NCBI GenBank assembly: GCA_963702425.1 | Contig: CAVPCQ010000031.1 | Location: 1-63,432 of the forward strand | From: an uncultured Acidobacteriota bacterium | GTDB taxonomy: Bacteria > Acidobacteriota > Polarisedimenticolia > J045 | Length of the DNA: 63,432 bases | Reading direction: 5' to 3' | Shown: in pieces, positions 31,303-41,415 of the stretch | Position numbering within the stretch: the first letter of the stretch is position 1 | Layout: each line of letters opens with the position of its first letter | Notes under the pieces: generated by a model | The model's input: only the letters and a program-made list of their open reading frames with translations | Databases searched by the model: none | What the model was told of the DNA's origin: nothing | Position numbers and translations under genes: made by a program

Positions 31303-31374
31303 GAAAAGGCCTTCGCACGGGAAGTGTGCGGTCCGTCGCCGCGACGGTGGCGGGACCGCTCCGGGAGCGCTGCG

Positions 31375-31716
31375 ATGGCCGAGACCCAGGCGGGACGCAA
31401 GGACGAGAAGACGGCCGCGACCGGCGCGGGCCCGGCCCCGGGCTCCGCGCCCTCCGACGCCGCGCGCGCCGCGGCGTTCGTGCGCCGCGAGTTCAGCGCG
31501 TTGCCGATCGAGCTGTCAGCGCGGATCGCGGCCGGCCGGGCGAGCCTGTCCGAGCTGCGCGGCCTCGCGCCCGGCAAGGTGCTGCCGCTCGAGACGCCGA
31601 TCGGCGAGCCCTGCCGGCTGATCGCCGAGGGGGCCGTGATCGGCGCGGGGGAAATCGTCGAGGTCAAGGGACAGCTTGCGCTGCGTGTCACGCGGCTCGG
31701 CAAGGACAATGGCTGA
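31375..31716 (+). CDS. fliN: FliN/SpoA-domain switch protein
   Basis: LPIELSARI...L.PGKVLPL...GEP...IGAGEIVEVKGQLALRVT. Confidence 0.8.
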   Translation: MAETQAGRKDEKTAATGAGPAPGSAPSDAARAAAFVRREFSALPIELSARIAAGRASLSELRGLAPGKVLPLETPIGEPCRLIAEGAVIGAGEIVEVKGQLALRVTRLGKDNG

Positions 31717-32110
31717 AGCCGGCGCGCCCGGCCTGCTCGATCTGCTGCGCCTGGCGGGCGCGCTGGCCGCGGTCGTCGGCCTCGTCTGGCTGTTCGGCAG
31801 GCTAGCGCAGCGCGGCGGCGCGGCAGCCCGGTCGGCGGGGTCACTGGCCGTTCGCGAGCGGATCGCGGTCAGCCGCGGCGTGCAGCTGCTGGTCGTGGGC
31901 GTGGACGGGCGCAGCCTGCTGGTCGGCGTCACCGGGCAACAGGTGAACCTTGTCGCGGACCTTTCGCGGCCGGGCGAGGTCGGCACGGCGGCCGCTCCAG
32001 CCCCGGTCGCACGGCCCCTGGCGCACGCTGCACCCGGCGGGCCGGGCGCGCCGGCGTCACCGACCTTCGCCGAGCGGCTCGCGGCCGCGCTGCGCGGGAG
32101 GAGCGCGTGA
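31709..32110 (+). CDS. fliO: Flagellar export protein FliO
   Basis: One TM helix followed by LLVVGVDGRSLLVGVTGQQVNLV; position before fliP. Confidence 0.8.
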   Translation: MAEAGAPGLLDLLRLAGALAAVVGLVWLFGRLAQRGGAAARSAGSLAVRERIAVSRGVQLLVVGVDGRSLLVGVTGQQVNLVADLSRPGEVGTAAAPAPVARPLAHAAPGGPGAPASPTFAERLAAALRGRSA

Positions 32111-32898
32111 GCACCCCGCGCGCGCGGCGCGCGCTGCTGGCGCTGCTCGTGGCGCTGACCGCCTTCGCGGTGCTGCCCGCGGTGGCGTCGCCCGCCCCGC
32201 CCCCGGCGTCGCCCGCCCCCGCCGGGCCCGGCGGTCTCGAGCTGCGCATCACCGACCCCGTCGGCGGTGCCCCGGGTTCCACCGCGCTACGGATCGTCCT
32301 GATGCTGACGGTGCTCGCCGTCGCGCCCGCGATCCTGCTGATGATGACCTCGTTCGTGCGGTTCGTCGTGGCGCTGCACTTCCTGCGCCAGGCGCTCGGC
32401 ACGCCTCAGATGCCGCCCAACCAGGTCGTCGTCGGCCTGGCGCTGTTCCTGACCTTCTTCGTGATGGGCCCGACCCTCGAGCAGGTCCGCGCCGAGGCCT
32501 GGGTTCCCTACACCGCGGGGCAGATGGACGCCCAGCAGGGGCTCGACGCAGCGTCGGGCCCGATGCGCGAGTTCATGCTGCGCAACACGCGCGAGGCCGA
32601 CCTCGGGCTGTTCGTCAAAATGGCGAAGATCCCGCGCCCCGCGACCTCCGCCGACGTGCCGCTGCGGGTGGTGGTGCCGGCCTTCGTGATCTCCGAGCTG
32701 CGGGCCGGGTTCGAGATCGGGTTCCTGCTGTTCCTGCCGTTCCTGGTCGTCGATCTCGTCGTGTCGTCGGTCCTGCTGTCGATGGGCATGATGATGCTGC
32801 CGCCGTCGATGGTCTCGCTGCCGTTCAAGATCCTGCTCTTCGTGCTGGTCGACGGCTGGAGCCTGCTCGCGGGCTCGCTCGTCGCCGGCATCCGCTGA
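32107..32898 (+). CDS. fliP: Flagellar export gate FliP
   Basis: MMTSF, LRQALGTPQMPPNQ, PAFVISEL, MGMMMLPP, LPFKILLFVLVDGW. Confidence 0.97.
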   Translation: MSTPRARRALLALLVALTAFAVLPAVASPAPPPASPAPAGPGGLELRITDPVGGAPGSTALRIVLMLTVLAVAPAILLMMTSFVRFVVALHFLRQALGTPQMPPNQVVVGLALFLTFFVMGPTLEQVRAEAWVPYTAGQMDAQQGLDAASGPMREFMLRNTREADLGLFVKMAKIPRPATSADVPLRVVVPAFVISELRAGFEIGFLLFLPFLVVDLVVSSVLLSMGMMMLPPSMVSLPFKILLFVLVDGWSLLAGSLVAGIR

Positions 32899-32914
32899 CC
32901 GGAGGAAGCCGCCG

Positions 32915-33184
32915 ATGGACGAGATGACGGTCCTGACGATCGGCCGCGAGGCGATCCGCACCGCGCTGCTGGTCGGCGCGCCGATCCTGCTGGTCGGGAT
33001 GGCCGTCGGCCTGATCGTCAGCGTGATCCAGGTCGCGACCTCGATCCAGGACGTGACCGTGACGTTCATTCCCAAGATCCTCGCGGTCTTCCTGGCGACG
33101 CTGCTCACCCTGCACTGGATGATGCGACTGATGATCGAGTTCACGCAGCGCGTGTTCGCGATGATCGCCGGCGTGAACGCGTAG
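32915..33184 (+). CDS. fliQ: FliQ
   Basis: VGLIVSVIQVATSIQDVTVTFIPKI. Confidence 0.95.
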   Translation: MDEMTVLTIGREAIRTALLVGAPILLVGMAVGLIVSVIQVATSIQDVTVTFIPKILAVFLATLLTLHWMMRLMIEFTQRVFAMIAGVNA

Positions 33185-33191
33185 ACGCGCG

Positions 33192-33986
33192 ATGCTCGCC
33201 GAGGCCGCAGGCGTCGAGGTGATCCGCCTCCCGTGGAACCAGCTCCTCGGGGGAGCGGCGCTGCTCGTGCGCATCGGAGCCTTCCTCACGGTCGCGCCGG
33301 TCTTCGGCACCGAGGCCGCACCGCCGCAACTGCGGGCGGGCTTCGCCGTGCTGCTGACGGCCCTGCTGCTGCCGGTCGTGCCCGCCCCGGACCTCTCGGC
33401 CGGGATCCTCGGGCTGGTCTTCGGCGAGGCCTTCGTCGGCTTCCTGCTCGGCTTCTCCGCGCTGACGGTGATCGAGGTCGCCGCGGTGGCCGGCGACTTC
33501 GTCGGCTACCCCACGGGGCTCTCGCTGGCGCAGCAGTTCGACCCGGTGACGCAGAGCCAGGCCACGACCGCGAGCGTCTTCTACCGCTTGCTGGGCCTGC
33601 TGGTCTTCATCACGATCGGTGGCCACCACCAGATGCTCGCCGCGCTCGGCGAGTCGTACCGCATCGTGCCGGTCGGCGGCGCGCACTTCGCGACCGGCTG
33701 GCTGCCGTCGATGGTCGCGCTGACGGGCCGGACGCTGGCGCTCGGGCTGCAGATGGCCGCGCCCGTGCTGGTCGCGGGGCTGCTCGTGGACGTCTTCCTG
33801 ATGCTCATCGCGCGCGCCGCGCCGCAGATGAATCTCCTGGTCGTCGGCGCGCCGATCCGGCTGGCGATCGGCCTGCTCGCGATCGCATTCTCGCTCCAGA
33901 TGCTCGCCCCGCTGCTGGGCGAGGCGGTCGACGCCTCGCTCCACGACGCCGGCCGCTCGCTCGAGGCGCTGGCGGGAAAGCCCTGA
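33192..33986 (+). CDS. fliR: FliR
   Basis: APVFG, AGDFVGYPTGLS...FDP, IARAAPQMN. Confidence 0.93.
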   Translation: MLAEAAGVEVIRLPWNQLLGGAALLVRIGAFLTVAPVFGTEAAPPQLRAGFAVLLTALLLPVVPAPDLSAGILGLVFGEAFVGFLLGFSALTVIEVAAVAGDFVGYPTGLSLAQQFDPVTQSQATTASVFYRLLGLLVFITIGGHHQMLAALGESYRIVPVGGAHFATGWLPSMVALTGRTLALGLQMAAPVLVAGLLVDVFLMLIARAAPQMNLLVVGAPIRLAIGLLAIAFSLQMLAPLLGEAVDASLHDAGRSLEALAGKP

Positions 33987-33993
33987 GACGGCG

Positions 33994-35091
33994 ATGGCGG
34001 CGGACCGCGACAGAAGGACCGAGAAGCCCTCCGGCCGAAAGCAGGAGAAGGCGAAGGAGAAGGGGCAGGTCGCGCGCAGCCAGGACCTCGGGCAGGCGGC
34101 GAGCCTCGGAGCCTTCCTGCTCTGGGCCTTGCTCTCCGGCGCGTCCTTCCTGGCCGGGCTCTCGGCCTACCTGGTCGCCGCGCTGCGCGCGGCCGGCCGC
34201 CCCCCTTCGGACGGGGCACTGCTCGACTCGCTCCTCAACGCGGGGACGGTCGCGATGCGGCTGATGCTCCCGCTGCTGTTCACGATCGCCGCGGCCGGGC
34301 TGCTGTCCCAGGCGATCCAGGGGCTGCACATCCGGAAGCCGCTGCTCAAGGTCGACTTCGCCAACCTCAACCCGGTCAACGGCCTCAAGCACTTCGTCAG
34401 CGTCGAGAAGCTCGTCGCCGCCGGCAAGGCGCTGCTGCGCGCCGGCTGCTACGCCGCACTTGCGGCCGCGGTCGTGCTGCCGGAGTGGGACCGCGTGGCG
34501 CAGCTCGCGCTCGCTTCTCCTGCCGGGATCCTGGCCGGAACCACCCGGATCGTCGGCCGCGTGCTGGTCCGGGCGCTCGTGCTGGGCCTCGTGATCGCGG
34601 CCGCCGACTTCGCGTTCGCCCGCTGGCGCTGGTACCGGAACCTCTACATGACCAAGCAGGAGGTGCGGGACGAGCACCGCGAGAGCGAGGGGAGCCCCGA
34701 GGTCCGCTCGCGGATCCGCGCGCGGCAGCGCGAGCTGGCGCGGCGCCGGATGATGGCCGCGATCCCCACCGCCAACGTCGTCGTCACCAACCCGACCCAC
34801 GTCGCGGTCGCCCTGAAGTACGACCGCGCGAAGATGGCCGCGCCGGTCGTGGTCGCGAAGGGGAAGGGGCTGATCGCGCAGCGGATCAAGGAGATCGCGC
34901 GCGAGCACCGCGTGCCGATCGTCGAGGACCCGCCGCTGGCGCGGATGCTCGAAAAGGTCTGCAAGCTCGGCGCGCCGATCCCCGAGACCCTGTTCCGCGC
35001 CGTGGCCGAGGTCCTGGCCTACGTGATGAACCCGCAGCGTCGCGCGCTCCGCCCGCACCCTGAAGTCGAGCCGGCCGGGACCACGCCGTGA
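33994..35091 (+). CDS. flhB: FlhB export switch
   Basis: RTEKPS, GQVARSQD, MTKQEVRDE..ESEGSP, NPTH autocleavage site. Confidence 0.96.
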   Translation: MAADRDRRTEKPSGRKQEKAKEKGQVARSQDLGQAASLGAFLLWALLSGASFLAGLSAYLVAALRAAGRPPSDGALLDSLLNAGTVAMRLMLPLLFTIAAAGLLSQAIQGLHIRKPLLKVDFANLNPVNGLKHFVSVEKLVAAGKALLRAGCYAALAAAVVLPEWDRVAQLALASPAGILAGTTRIVGRVLVRALVLGLVIAAADFAFARWRWYRNLYMTKQEVRDEHRESEGSPEVRSRIRARQRELARRRMMAAIPTANVVVTNPTHVAVALKYDRAKMAAPVVVAKGKGLIAQRIKEIAREHRVPIVEDPPLARMLEKVCKLGAPIPETLFRAVAEVLAYVMNPQRRALRPHPEVEPAGTTP

Positions 35092-37157
35092 GCACGGTCG
35101 CGATCAACCGCCCGGTCCACCCGCTGGCCTCGCTCGGCCTGCCCGCGCTGGTCATCGCCGGCGTGGCGATCATCGTCGTCCCGCTGCCGACGATCCTGAT
35201 CGACCTGCTGGTCACACTCGACCTGGCGCTCTCGATCGTGATCCTGATGACCGCGATGTACGTCCCGGGTCCGACGAAGTTCAGCGCCTTCCCATCGCTG
35301 CTGCTGGTGATCACCTTCTTCCGGCTGGCGCTCAACATCGCCTGCACGCGCGCCATCCTGCTGCACGGCAGCGAGGGGACCGACGCCGCGGGCAAGGTGA
35401 TCGAGGCCTTCGGGCAGTTCGTCGTCGGTGGGAGCTTCGTCGTCGGAATCGTCGTCTTCCTGGTGATCCTGATCGTCCAGTTCGTGGTCATCGCGCACGG
35501 CTCGACCCGCATCTCGGAGGTCATCGCGCGCTTCACCCTGGACGCGATGCCCGGCAAGCAGATGGCGATCGACGCCGACCTCAACGCCGGGCTGATCACC
35601 GAGCGCGAAGCGATCGGGCGGCGGCTCTCGATCCAGAAGGAGGCCGAGTTCTTCGGCGCGATGGACGGCGCGGTGCGGTTCACGCAGCGCGACGCGATTG
35701 CGGCCTTCCTGCTGGTGGCGATCAACATCACCGCCGGGCTGACGATCGGGATCGTCCAGCTCGGGATGGTCCCCGGCGAGGCCATGCGGACCTACACCGT
35801 GCTGACGATCGGCGACGGCCTGGCGACGGCGATCCCGGCGCTGCTGGTCGCGCTGGCCGGCGGCATCATCACGACCCGCGCGGCGCAGGAGCAGGCGCTG
35901 GGCGAGGTGCTCTACGCGCAGCTGATGCTGCAGCCCAGGCCGCTCAAGATCGCGGCCGGCACGCTGCTCTCGCTGGCGCTGATCCCGGGGCTGCCGAAGG
36001 TGGCCTTCGTGCTGCTGGCCGCGGCGGTCTACGGCGGCGCGCGCGTGGCCGCCGACCGCGTCGCGGAGGCAGCCGAACAGGGGCCCGAGCTGCCGGCGAC
36101 CGCGCCGGACAAGGCGGCCGAGGACGAGGTCGAGTCGCTGCTCGGGGTCGACCCGCTCTGCATCGAGGTGGGGTACGACCTGATCGCGCCGATCGGCGCG
36201 GACCGGGCCGGCGGGATCCTGGACAAGATCAAGGGGCTGAGGCGCCAGATCGCGACCGAGGAGGGGTTCGTCCTCCCGCCGGTCCGGGTGCGCGACAACC
36301 TCTCGCTCCCCGCCGACGCGTACCAGATCCTGATGCGCGGCGTGAAGATCGCCGGCAGCCGGATCCCGCGCGGCCGGCTGCTGGCGCTCGACGCCGGCGC
36401 GTCGCGGCCCGTCGAGGGGGAGCCGACGAAGGACCCCGCGTTCGGGCTGCCGGCGGTCTGGATCGCGCCGGACAAGGCGGACGACGCGCGCGGCGCGGGC
36501 TACACGGTCGTCGACCCGGCGTCGGTCCTCTCGACCCACCTGATGGAGGTGATCCACCGCAACGCGGCCGAGCTGGTCTCGCGCGACGACGTGGCGCGCC
36601 TGCTCGACCACCTGCAGAAGACCCACCCCAAGGCGCTGGCCGAGCTGGTGCCGGAGCGGCTCACGGTGGGCGAGGTCCACCGCACGCTGCAGGGGCTGCT
36701 GCGCGAGGGGATCCCGGTCCGCGACCTCGCGCTGATCGTCGAGGCGATGGCCGACGCCGCAGGCTCGTCGCGCGATCCGCAGGTGATCGTCGAGTCGGTC
36801 CGGCGCGCCCTGGCGCGGCCGGTCACGGCGCCGCTGGTCGACGGCGCGGGGATTCTCAAGGCGGTCGTGCTCTCCCCGGAACTCGAGGAGGAGTTGACCG
36901 CCGGGCTGGTCCCGGAAGCGGCCGATCGCGCCCCCGGCGGGATGCTGCCGGCGCGGGCGCGCGAGATCGTGCAGCGGCTGGCAACGGCGGTGGCCTCGGC
37001 CTCGGCCGCGGGGAGCGACGTGGCGATCGTCACCGGGCCGCGGCTCCGGCCCTCCCTGGCGCAGCTCGTCCGCGCCGTGCTGCCCCACACCAAGGTGCTC
37101 TCCACGCTCGAGATTCCGCCGGAGGTGACGCTCCGGGCGGTGGGGACGGTGTCCTGA
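35088..37157 (+). CDS. flhA: FlhA export gate
   Basis: FPSLLL, ARFTLDAMPGKQMAIDADL, FFGAMDGA, LTIGDGL, PPVRVRDN. Confidence 0.97.
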   Translation: MSTVAINRPVHPLASLGLPALVIAGVAIIVVPLPTILIDLLVTLDLALSIVILMTAMYVPGPTKFSAFPSLLLVITFFRLALNIACTRAILLHGSEGTDAAGKVIEAFGQFVVGGSFVVGIVVFLVILIVQFVVIAHGSTRISEVIARFTLDAMPGKQMAIDADLNAGLITEREAIGRRLSIQKEAEFFGAMDGAVRFTQRDAIAAFLLVAINITAGLTIGIVQLGMVPGEAMRTYTVLTIGDGLATAIPALLVALAGGIITTRAAQEQALGEVLYAQLMLQPRPLKIAAGTLLSLALIPGLPKVAFVLLAAAVYGGARVAADRVAEAAEQGPELPATAPDKAAEDEVESLLGVDPLCIEVGYDLIAPIGADRAGGILDKIKGLRRQIATEEGFVLPPVRVRDNLSLPADAYQILMRGVKIAGSRIPRGRLLALDAGASRPVEGEPTKDPAFGLPAVWIAPDKADDARGAGYTVVDPASVLSTHLMEVIHRNAAELVSRDDVARLLDHLQKTHPKALAELVPERLTVGEVHRTLQGLLREGIPVRDLALIVEAMADAAGSSRDPQVIVESVRRALARPVTAPLVDGAGILKAVVLSPELEEELTAGLVPEAADRAPGGMLPARAREIVQRLATAVASASAAGSDVAIVTGPRLRPSLAQLVRAVLPHTKVLSTLEIPPEVTLRAVGTVS

Positions 37158-37158
37158 G

Positions 37159-38166
37159 ATGCTGGTGAAGACGTTCTCCGGGAAGACGGGAGCCGAGGCG
37201 CTGGCGCGCGTGCGCGAGCACCTGGGCCCCGAGGCCTGCGTGCTCGAGATGCGCCGCCGCGCGGACGGCGTGGAAGTCGTCGCCGCGGCCGAGCGCCCCG
37301 GCCCGCGCCTCGCAGCGCCGGGCTCGGCCCTCGCGACGGCGGCGGGCGCCCCGCCCGCCGCCGCGGAGCGGCTGCGCGACGACCTCGTGGCCTGGGGTTT
37401 CTCGCTCCCGTTCGCCGAGCGGATCGCCGCCGCCGCGCAGAGCAATCTCGATACCGAGCAGCTGGAGGACCGGATCGCGGCGCTGTCGTACGCGCGCGAG
37501 CTGGTCGCGCTGTGGGTGCCGGCCAGCCCCGCGCCCGCGCCGCCGGTGCTGGCGCTGGTCGGGCCACCGGGGGTCGGCAAGACGACGACCCTCGCCAAGC
37601 TCGCCGCGCTGGAGCTCTACCGCGGCGAGCGGGCGGTGACGCTGGCCTCCGCCGACGGGCGCCGCCTGGGCGGTGCCGAACAGCTCGAGAGCTACGCGCG
37701 GATCCTCGGCGTGCCGTTCGCCGCGGTGAGCGACCGGCGCGGGCTGGACCGCGTGCGCGAGCGCGCCGGCCGGCACGCGATCCTGCTGCTCGACACGCCG
37801 GGCGTGCCGCGCGGCGACCTGCCGGCGATGGACCGCCTGGCCGACCTGCTGGCGGGTGTGCGGCGCGAGGAGATCGAGCTGCTGCTGGCGGCCGACCGCG
37901 ATGCCGATTCGCTGGCCGACAGCGTCAAGCGGTTCGCACGGCTGCGCCCCGGCGCGCTCGGCGCGACGCGGATCGACGAGGCGGTGCGGCCGGGAGGGCT
38001 GGTCACGGCGCTGGCGCGGGCCGGGCTGCCGCTGCGCCACCTCGGCACCGGTCCCGACGTTCCCGACGACATCGCCGTCGCCGACGCGCGCCGCCTGGCG
38101 GCGTGGGCGGTGCCGCTGCCCGGCGATCCGGCAGCGCCGTGGCGCGGTGACGGGGCCGTACGATGA
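37159..38166 (+). CDS. flhF: FlhF SRP-family GTPase
   Basis: GPPGVGKTTTLAKLAA, EQLESYA, DTPG, TRIDE, GTGPDVPDDI. Confidence 0.88.
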   Translation: MLVKTFSGKTGAEALARVREHLGPEACVLEMRRRADGVEVVAAAERPGPRLAAPGSALATAAGAPPAAAERLRDDLVAWGFSLPFAERIAAAAQSNLDTEQLEDRIAALSYARELVALWVPASPAPAPPVLALVGPPGVGKTTTLAKLAALELYRGERAVTLASADGRRLGGAEQLESYARILGVPFAAVSDRRGLDRVRERAGRHAILLLDTPGVPRGDLPAMDRLADLLAGVRREEIELLLAADRDADSLADSVKRFARLRPGALGATRIDEAVRPGGLVTALARAGLPLRHLGTGPDVPDDIAVADARRLAAWAVPLPGDPAAPWRGDGAVR

Positions 38167-39032
38167 GAGCAGGCGCCGGGGCGGTCGGAAGCGTGTCGCG
38201 CGGCGCGACGCGCCGGGCGCGGCGTGCGCTGGTGCTGGCCGTCACCTCGGGCAAGGGCGGCGTCGGCAAGACCTTCGTCGCCGCCAACCTGGCGATCGCT
38301 CTCGCCCGCGCCGGCCTCTCCACCACGCTGCTCGACGCCGACCTCTCGCTGGCCAACGCCGACGTGCTGCTGGGACTCGCCCCGTCGCGCACGATCGAGC
38401 ACTTCTTCCGCGAGCAGGTGCCGCTGACCGAGATCGCGATCGAGGGCCCCGGGGGGGTCCGCGTCATCCCCGCCGGCTCGGGAATCCCGGAGCTGGCGCA
38501 CCTGCCGCCCGAGGAGATGCTGCGCTTCGTCGAGGGGCTGCGCACCGTCGGCGAGAGCTGTGAGGTGCTGCTGATCGACACCGCGGCCGGGATCGGCGAC
38601 CAGGTCTCGCGGATGCTGATGCTCGCCGATCGGACACTGCTCGTCACCTGGCCGGAGCCGGCCGCGCTGGTCGACGCCTACGCCGCGCTCAAGGTCGCGC
38701 TGCGGCGCGACCCGGGGCAGGAGATCGGCCTGGTCGTCAACGGCGTCGCCGACGAGGGCGAGGCCGGCCGCGTGCACCGGCGCCTGCTCGCCGCGGCCCA
38801 GCGCTTCCTCGGCCGCGGGATCGACCTCGACGCCTTCATCCCCCGGGACGAGGCCGTCGCCGACGCCGCGCGGCGCCAGAGCGCACTCGTGATCGCCCAC
38901 CCCCACACCCCTGCCAGCCGCTCGATCGAGCGCCTGGCCGCCAAGGTCGCGGCGCGCGCACGCACGCGCCGCCTTTCGGGAGCATCGGAACGATGGCACG
39001 GGAACGAACCGCAGCCGGGAATCCAGCACTGA
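38163..39032 (+). CDS. flhG: FlhG/FleN MinD-like ATPase
   Basis: TSGKGGVGKT, DADLSLANADVLLG, IDTAAGI, DAYA.LK. Confidence 0.92.
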   Translation: MRAGAGAVGSVSRGATRRARRALVLAVTSGKGGVGKTFVAANLAIALARAGLSTTLLDADLSLANADVLLGLAPSRTIEHFFREQVPLTEIAIEGPGGVRVIPAGSGIPELAHLPPEEMLRFVEGLRTVGESCEVLLIDTAAGIGDQVSRMLMLADRTLLVTWPEPAALVDAYAALKVALRRDPGQEIGLVVNGVADEGEAGRVHRRLLAAAQRFLGRGIDLDAFIPRDEAVADAARRQSALVIAHPHTPASRSIERLAAKVAARARTRRLSGASERWHGNEPQPGIQH

Positions 39033-39814
39033 TGCGCGCCGCACCCCACGCCGACACGCCGCTCGTCGACCCGTCGGTCGAATGGACGGCCGCGGCCCGC
39101 GTCCCGGGATCCGCTGCGCGCGACCGCCTGCTGGTCGGGCACACCGGGCTCGTGAAGTACCTCGCCCACCGGATCGGCTCGCGGCTGGCCGGATCGATCG
39201 ACTACGACGACCTGGTCGGCGACGGGATCCTCGGCCTGATGGAGGCGATCGACCGCTTCGACCCGGCGCACGGGGTGCTGTTCAAGACCTACGCCGAGTC
39301 GCGGATCCGCGGCGCGATCCTGGACGGCGTGCGGGGCCGCGACTGGGCCCCCCGCTCGCTCCGCCGCGCCGCACGCCGGCTCGAGACGGCGATCGTCGCC
39401 GTCGAGCACCGCACCCGCCGCACCGCCCAGGACGAGGAGATCGCGGCCGAGCTCGAGATCTCCGTCGACGAGCTGCACGCGCTCTACCAGCAGGCCCGCG
39501 GCGTGCGCCTGGGCCACATGCCGGCCAGCGAGGAGGAGGGGAACGACCCGGCCGACCCCGGCGCCAGCCCGCTGTTCCGGGTCGAGGAGAAGGAGCGGCG
39601 CGAGGTCCTGGCGCAGGAGATCGACCAGCTTCCCGAGCGCGAGCGGATGGTCCTCTCGCTGTACTACGAGCGCGGGCTGACGCTGAAGGAGATCGGCGCG
39701 GTGCTCGACGTCACCGAGTCGCGGGTCTGCCAGATCCACACCCGGGCCGTCAGCCGGCTGCGCGCGCGCGTCGGCGAGCGGCTCACGGCGCCCGCGGTGG
39801 AGGCCCTCCGATGA
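39032..39814 (+). CDS. fliA: RNA polymerase sigma28
   Basis: FKTYAESRIRGAILD..R..DW.PRS, LTLKEIGAVLDVTESRVCQIH. Confidence 0.95.
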   Translation: MRAAPHADTPLVDPSVEWTAAARVPGSAARDRLLVGHTGLVKYLAHRIGSRLAGSIDYDDLVGDGILGLMEAIDRFDPAHGVLFKTYAESRIRGAILDGVRGRDWAPRSLRRAARRLETAIVAVEHRTRRTAQDEEIAAELEISVDELHALYQQARGVRLGHMPASEEEGNDPADPGASPLFRVEEKERREVLAQEIDQLPERERMVLSLYYERGLTLKEIGAVLDVTESRVCQIHTRAVSRLRARVGERLTAPAVEALR

Positions 39815-40746
39815 GCCGCCTGCTGTCCCAGGAAGAGGTCGATACCCTGCTCGCCTCGTTCGGACCGGACGAAGCCGACCTGCCGCCCGACGACGCGATC
39901 CCGTTCGACCTGCGGGCCCCGCTGCTGCTGGCGGGCGAGCGGTTGTCGCTGGTCCAGGCCGCGTGCGAGAAGATCGCCGACGAGGTCGCCGACGCGCTGA
40001 CGGTGATCCTCGTCGCCGACAAGCCGATCAAGGGGGAGTTCTCCGGCCTGGTCCAGCAGCCGGCCAGCACCGTGCTCTCGACGCTGGCCAACGGCGAGCC
40101 GCTCGGGCTGTTCGTCGACGAGGCGGGCGATCCGGTCGGGGGGATCTCGTTCCAGGGCGAGCTGGCGCTCTCGATGGTCGACCGGCTGCAGGGCGGCGAA
40201 GGCAGCCTCGTCGCCGTCCGCGCGCTGTCGTCCGTCGAGAACCGGCTGCTCGAGAGCGCCTTCCACCGCCTGACTCGGTTCCTCGACGAGCGCTGCGCGC
40301 TGGCGCCGGTGCGCTCCGGCGGTCTCGACCACGACCCGATCTTCGGCCGGCTCGCGCAGCGCGGCGGGATGCTCGCGACGGCCGCGATCCGGATCGAGCT
40401 GGGAGGTGGCGATACCGTCTGCCGTCTGCTGATGACCCCCCTGCTGACCAACCGGCTGGTGGCCGAGGCCATCCCTCCGCCCGATCGCAACGCGCCGCCG
40501 GAGCTGATCGAGGCGCTGCGCAAGGTCCCGGTGACGGTCGAGCCGGTGATCACCGGGGCCAGCCTGCGCGTCACCGACCTGCACCGGATGCGCCCGGGTC
40601 ACGTGCTGCAGCTCGACGTGCCGGAGCACGACGGGCTGGGGCTGCGCCTCAACGGAACGCTGCTCGCGCAGGGCGTGCTGCGGCGGCAGGAGAAGATGCG
40701 CCTGTTCGAGATCAGGCAGCTCGCGCCGGTGAAGGCCGGCGACTGA
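39811..40746 (+). CDS. fliM: Divergent FliM switch protein
   Basis: N-terminal LLSQEEVDTLL CheY-binding motif; middle domain; C-terminal SpoA domain. Confidence 0.82.
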   Translation: MSRLLSQEEVDTLLASFGPDEADLPPDDAIPFDLRAPLLLAGERLSLVQAACEKIADEVADALTVILVADKPIKGEFSGLVQQPASTVLSTLANGEPLGLFVDEAGDPVGGISFQGELALSMVDRLQGGEGSLVAVRALSSVENRLLESAFHRLTRFLDERCALAPVRSGGLDHDPIFGRLAQRGGMLATAAIRIELGGGDTVCRLLMTPLLTNRLVAEAIPPPDRNAPPELIEALRKVPVTVEPVITGASLRVTDLHRMRPGHVLQLDVPEHDGLGLRLNGTLLAQGVLRRQEKMRLFEIRQLAPVKAGD

Positions 40747-40759
40747 GCAGGAGAGACCG

Positions 40760-41068
40760 ATGACCATCCGCGACCTGAACGACCTCGAGACCCCGGAAAC
40801 GCTGCGGGCCGGCGCGCCGTCGCTGGCGGGCGGATCGCTGCTCGACCAGCTCGAGCTGCCGCTCGAGGTGCGGCTCGGCAAGCAGGTCTGGAGCCTCGAG
40901 CGCGTGCTCGGGCTGCGCGCCGGCGACGCCGTGCCGGTCGGCCTCGAGGGGGACGACATCGTCACGCTCTACGTCCAGGACCGCCCGTTCGCGATCGGCG
41001 ACCTCGTCGTGGTCGACGGGCGCTTCGCCTTCCGCGTGCGCGAGATGGCCGAAGGGGGGACGCCGTGA
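40760..41068 (+). CDS. fliN: FliN/SpoA-domain protein (second copy)
   Basis: LPLEVRLG...L.AGDAV.V...FAIGDLVVVDGRFAFRV. Confidence 0.85.
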   Translation: MTIRDLNDLETPETLRAGAPSLAGGSLLDQLELPLEVRLGKQVWSLERVLGLRAGDAVPVGLEGDDIVTLYVQDRPFAIGDLVVVDGRFAFRVREMAEGGTP

Positions 41069-41415
41069 TGCGCGAGCTCCTGTGGGTTCAGCTCTGCTTC
41101 GACCTGGCGATGCTGTTCGCGCTGCTTGCGCTCGAGCGCAGCACCGTGCGGCGCAGGGCGGCGCGGACGGCGCACGGCGCGCGCGAGGCCGCGCCCCCGT
41201 TGCTCGCAGCGGAACCGCGCCGCGCGCGGTTCGCGCTGCTGCGCCGCGGGCCGCGCGAGGCGGTCCCCGAGGAACCGGCTGCCACGGCGGCCGGAGCGGC
41301 CGCGCCCCCGCCGGCCGGCCTGGCCGAGCTGGTCGAGCGCGCGGAGCACCAGGAACTGGTGGCCGAGGCGGCGCTGCGCCAGCGCCTGACGCGGTTCCGC
41401 GAGAGCGCCGGCTGA
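41068..41415 (+). CDS. Hypothetical protein with N-terminal TM helix
   Basis: Translationally coupled within the operon. Confidence 0.55.
   Translation: MRELLWVQLCFDLAMLFALLALERSTVRRRAARTAHGAREAAPPLLAAEPRRARFALLRRGPREAVPEEPAATAAGAAAPPPAGLAELVERAEHQELVAEAALRQRLTRFRESAG

Noticed and set aside
31709-37157. Non-flagellar type III secretion system
   Set aside because: Export genes are embedded among hook, rod, ring, stator and fliA genes, so they are flagellar
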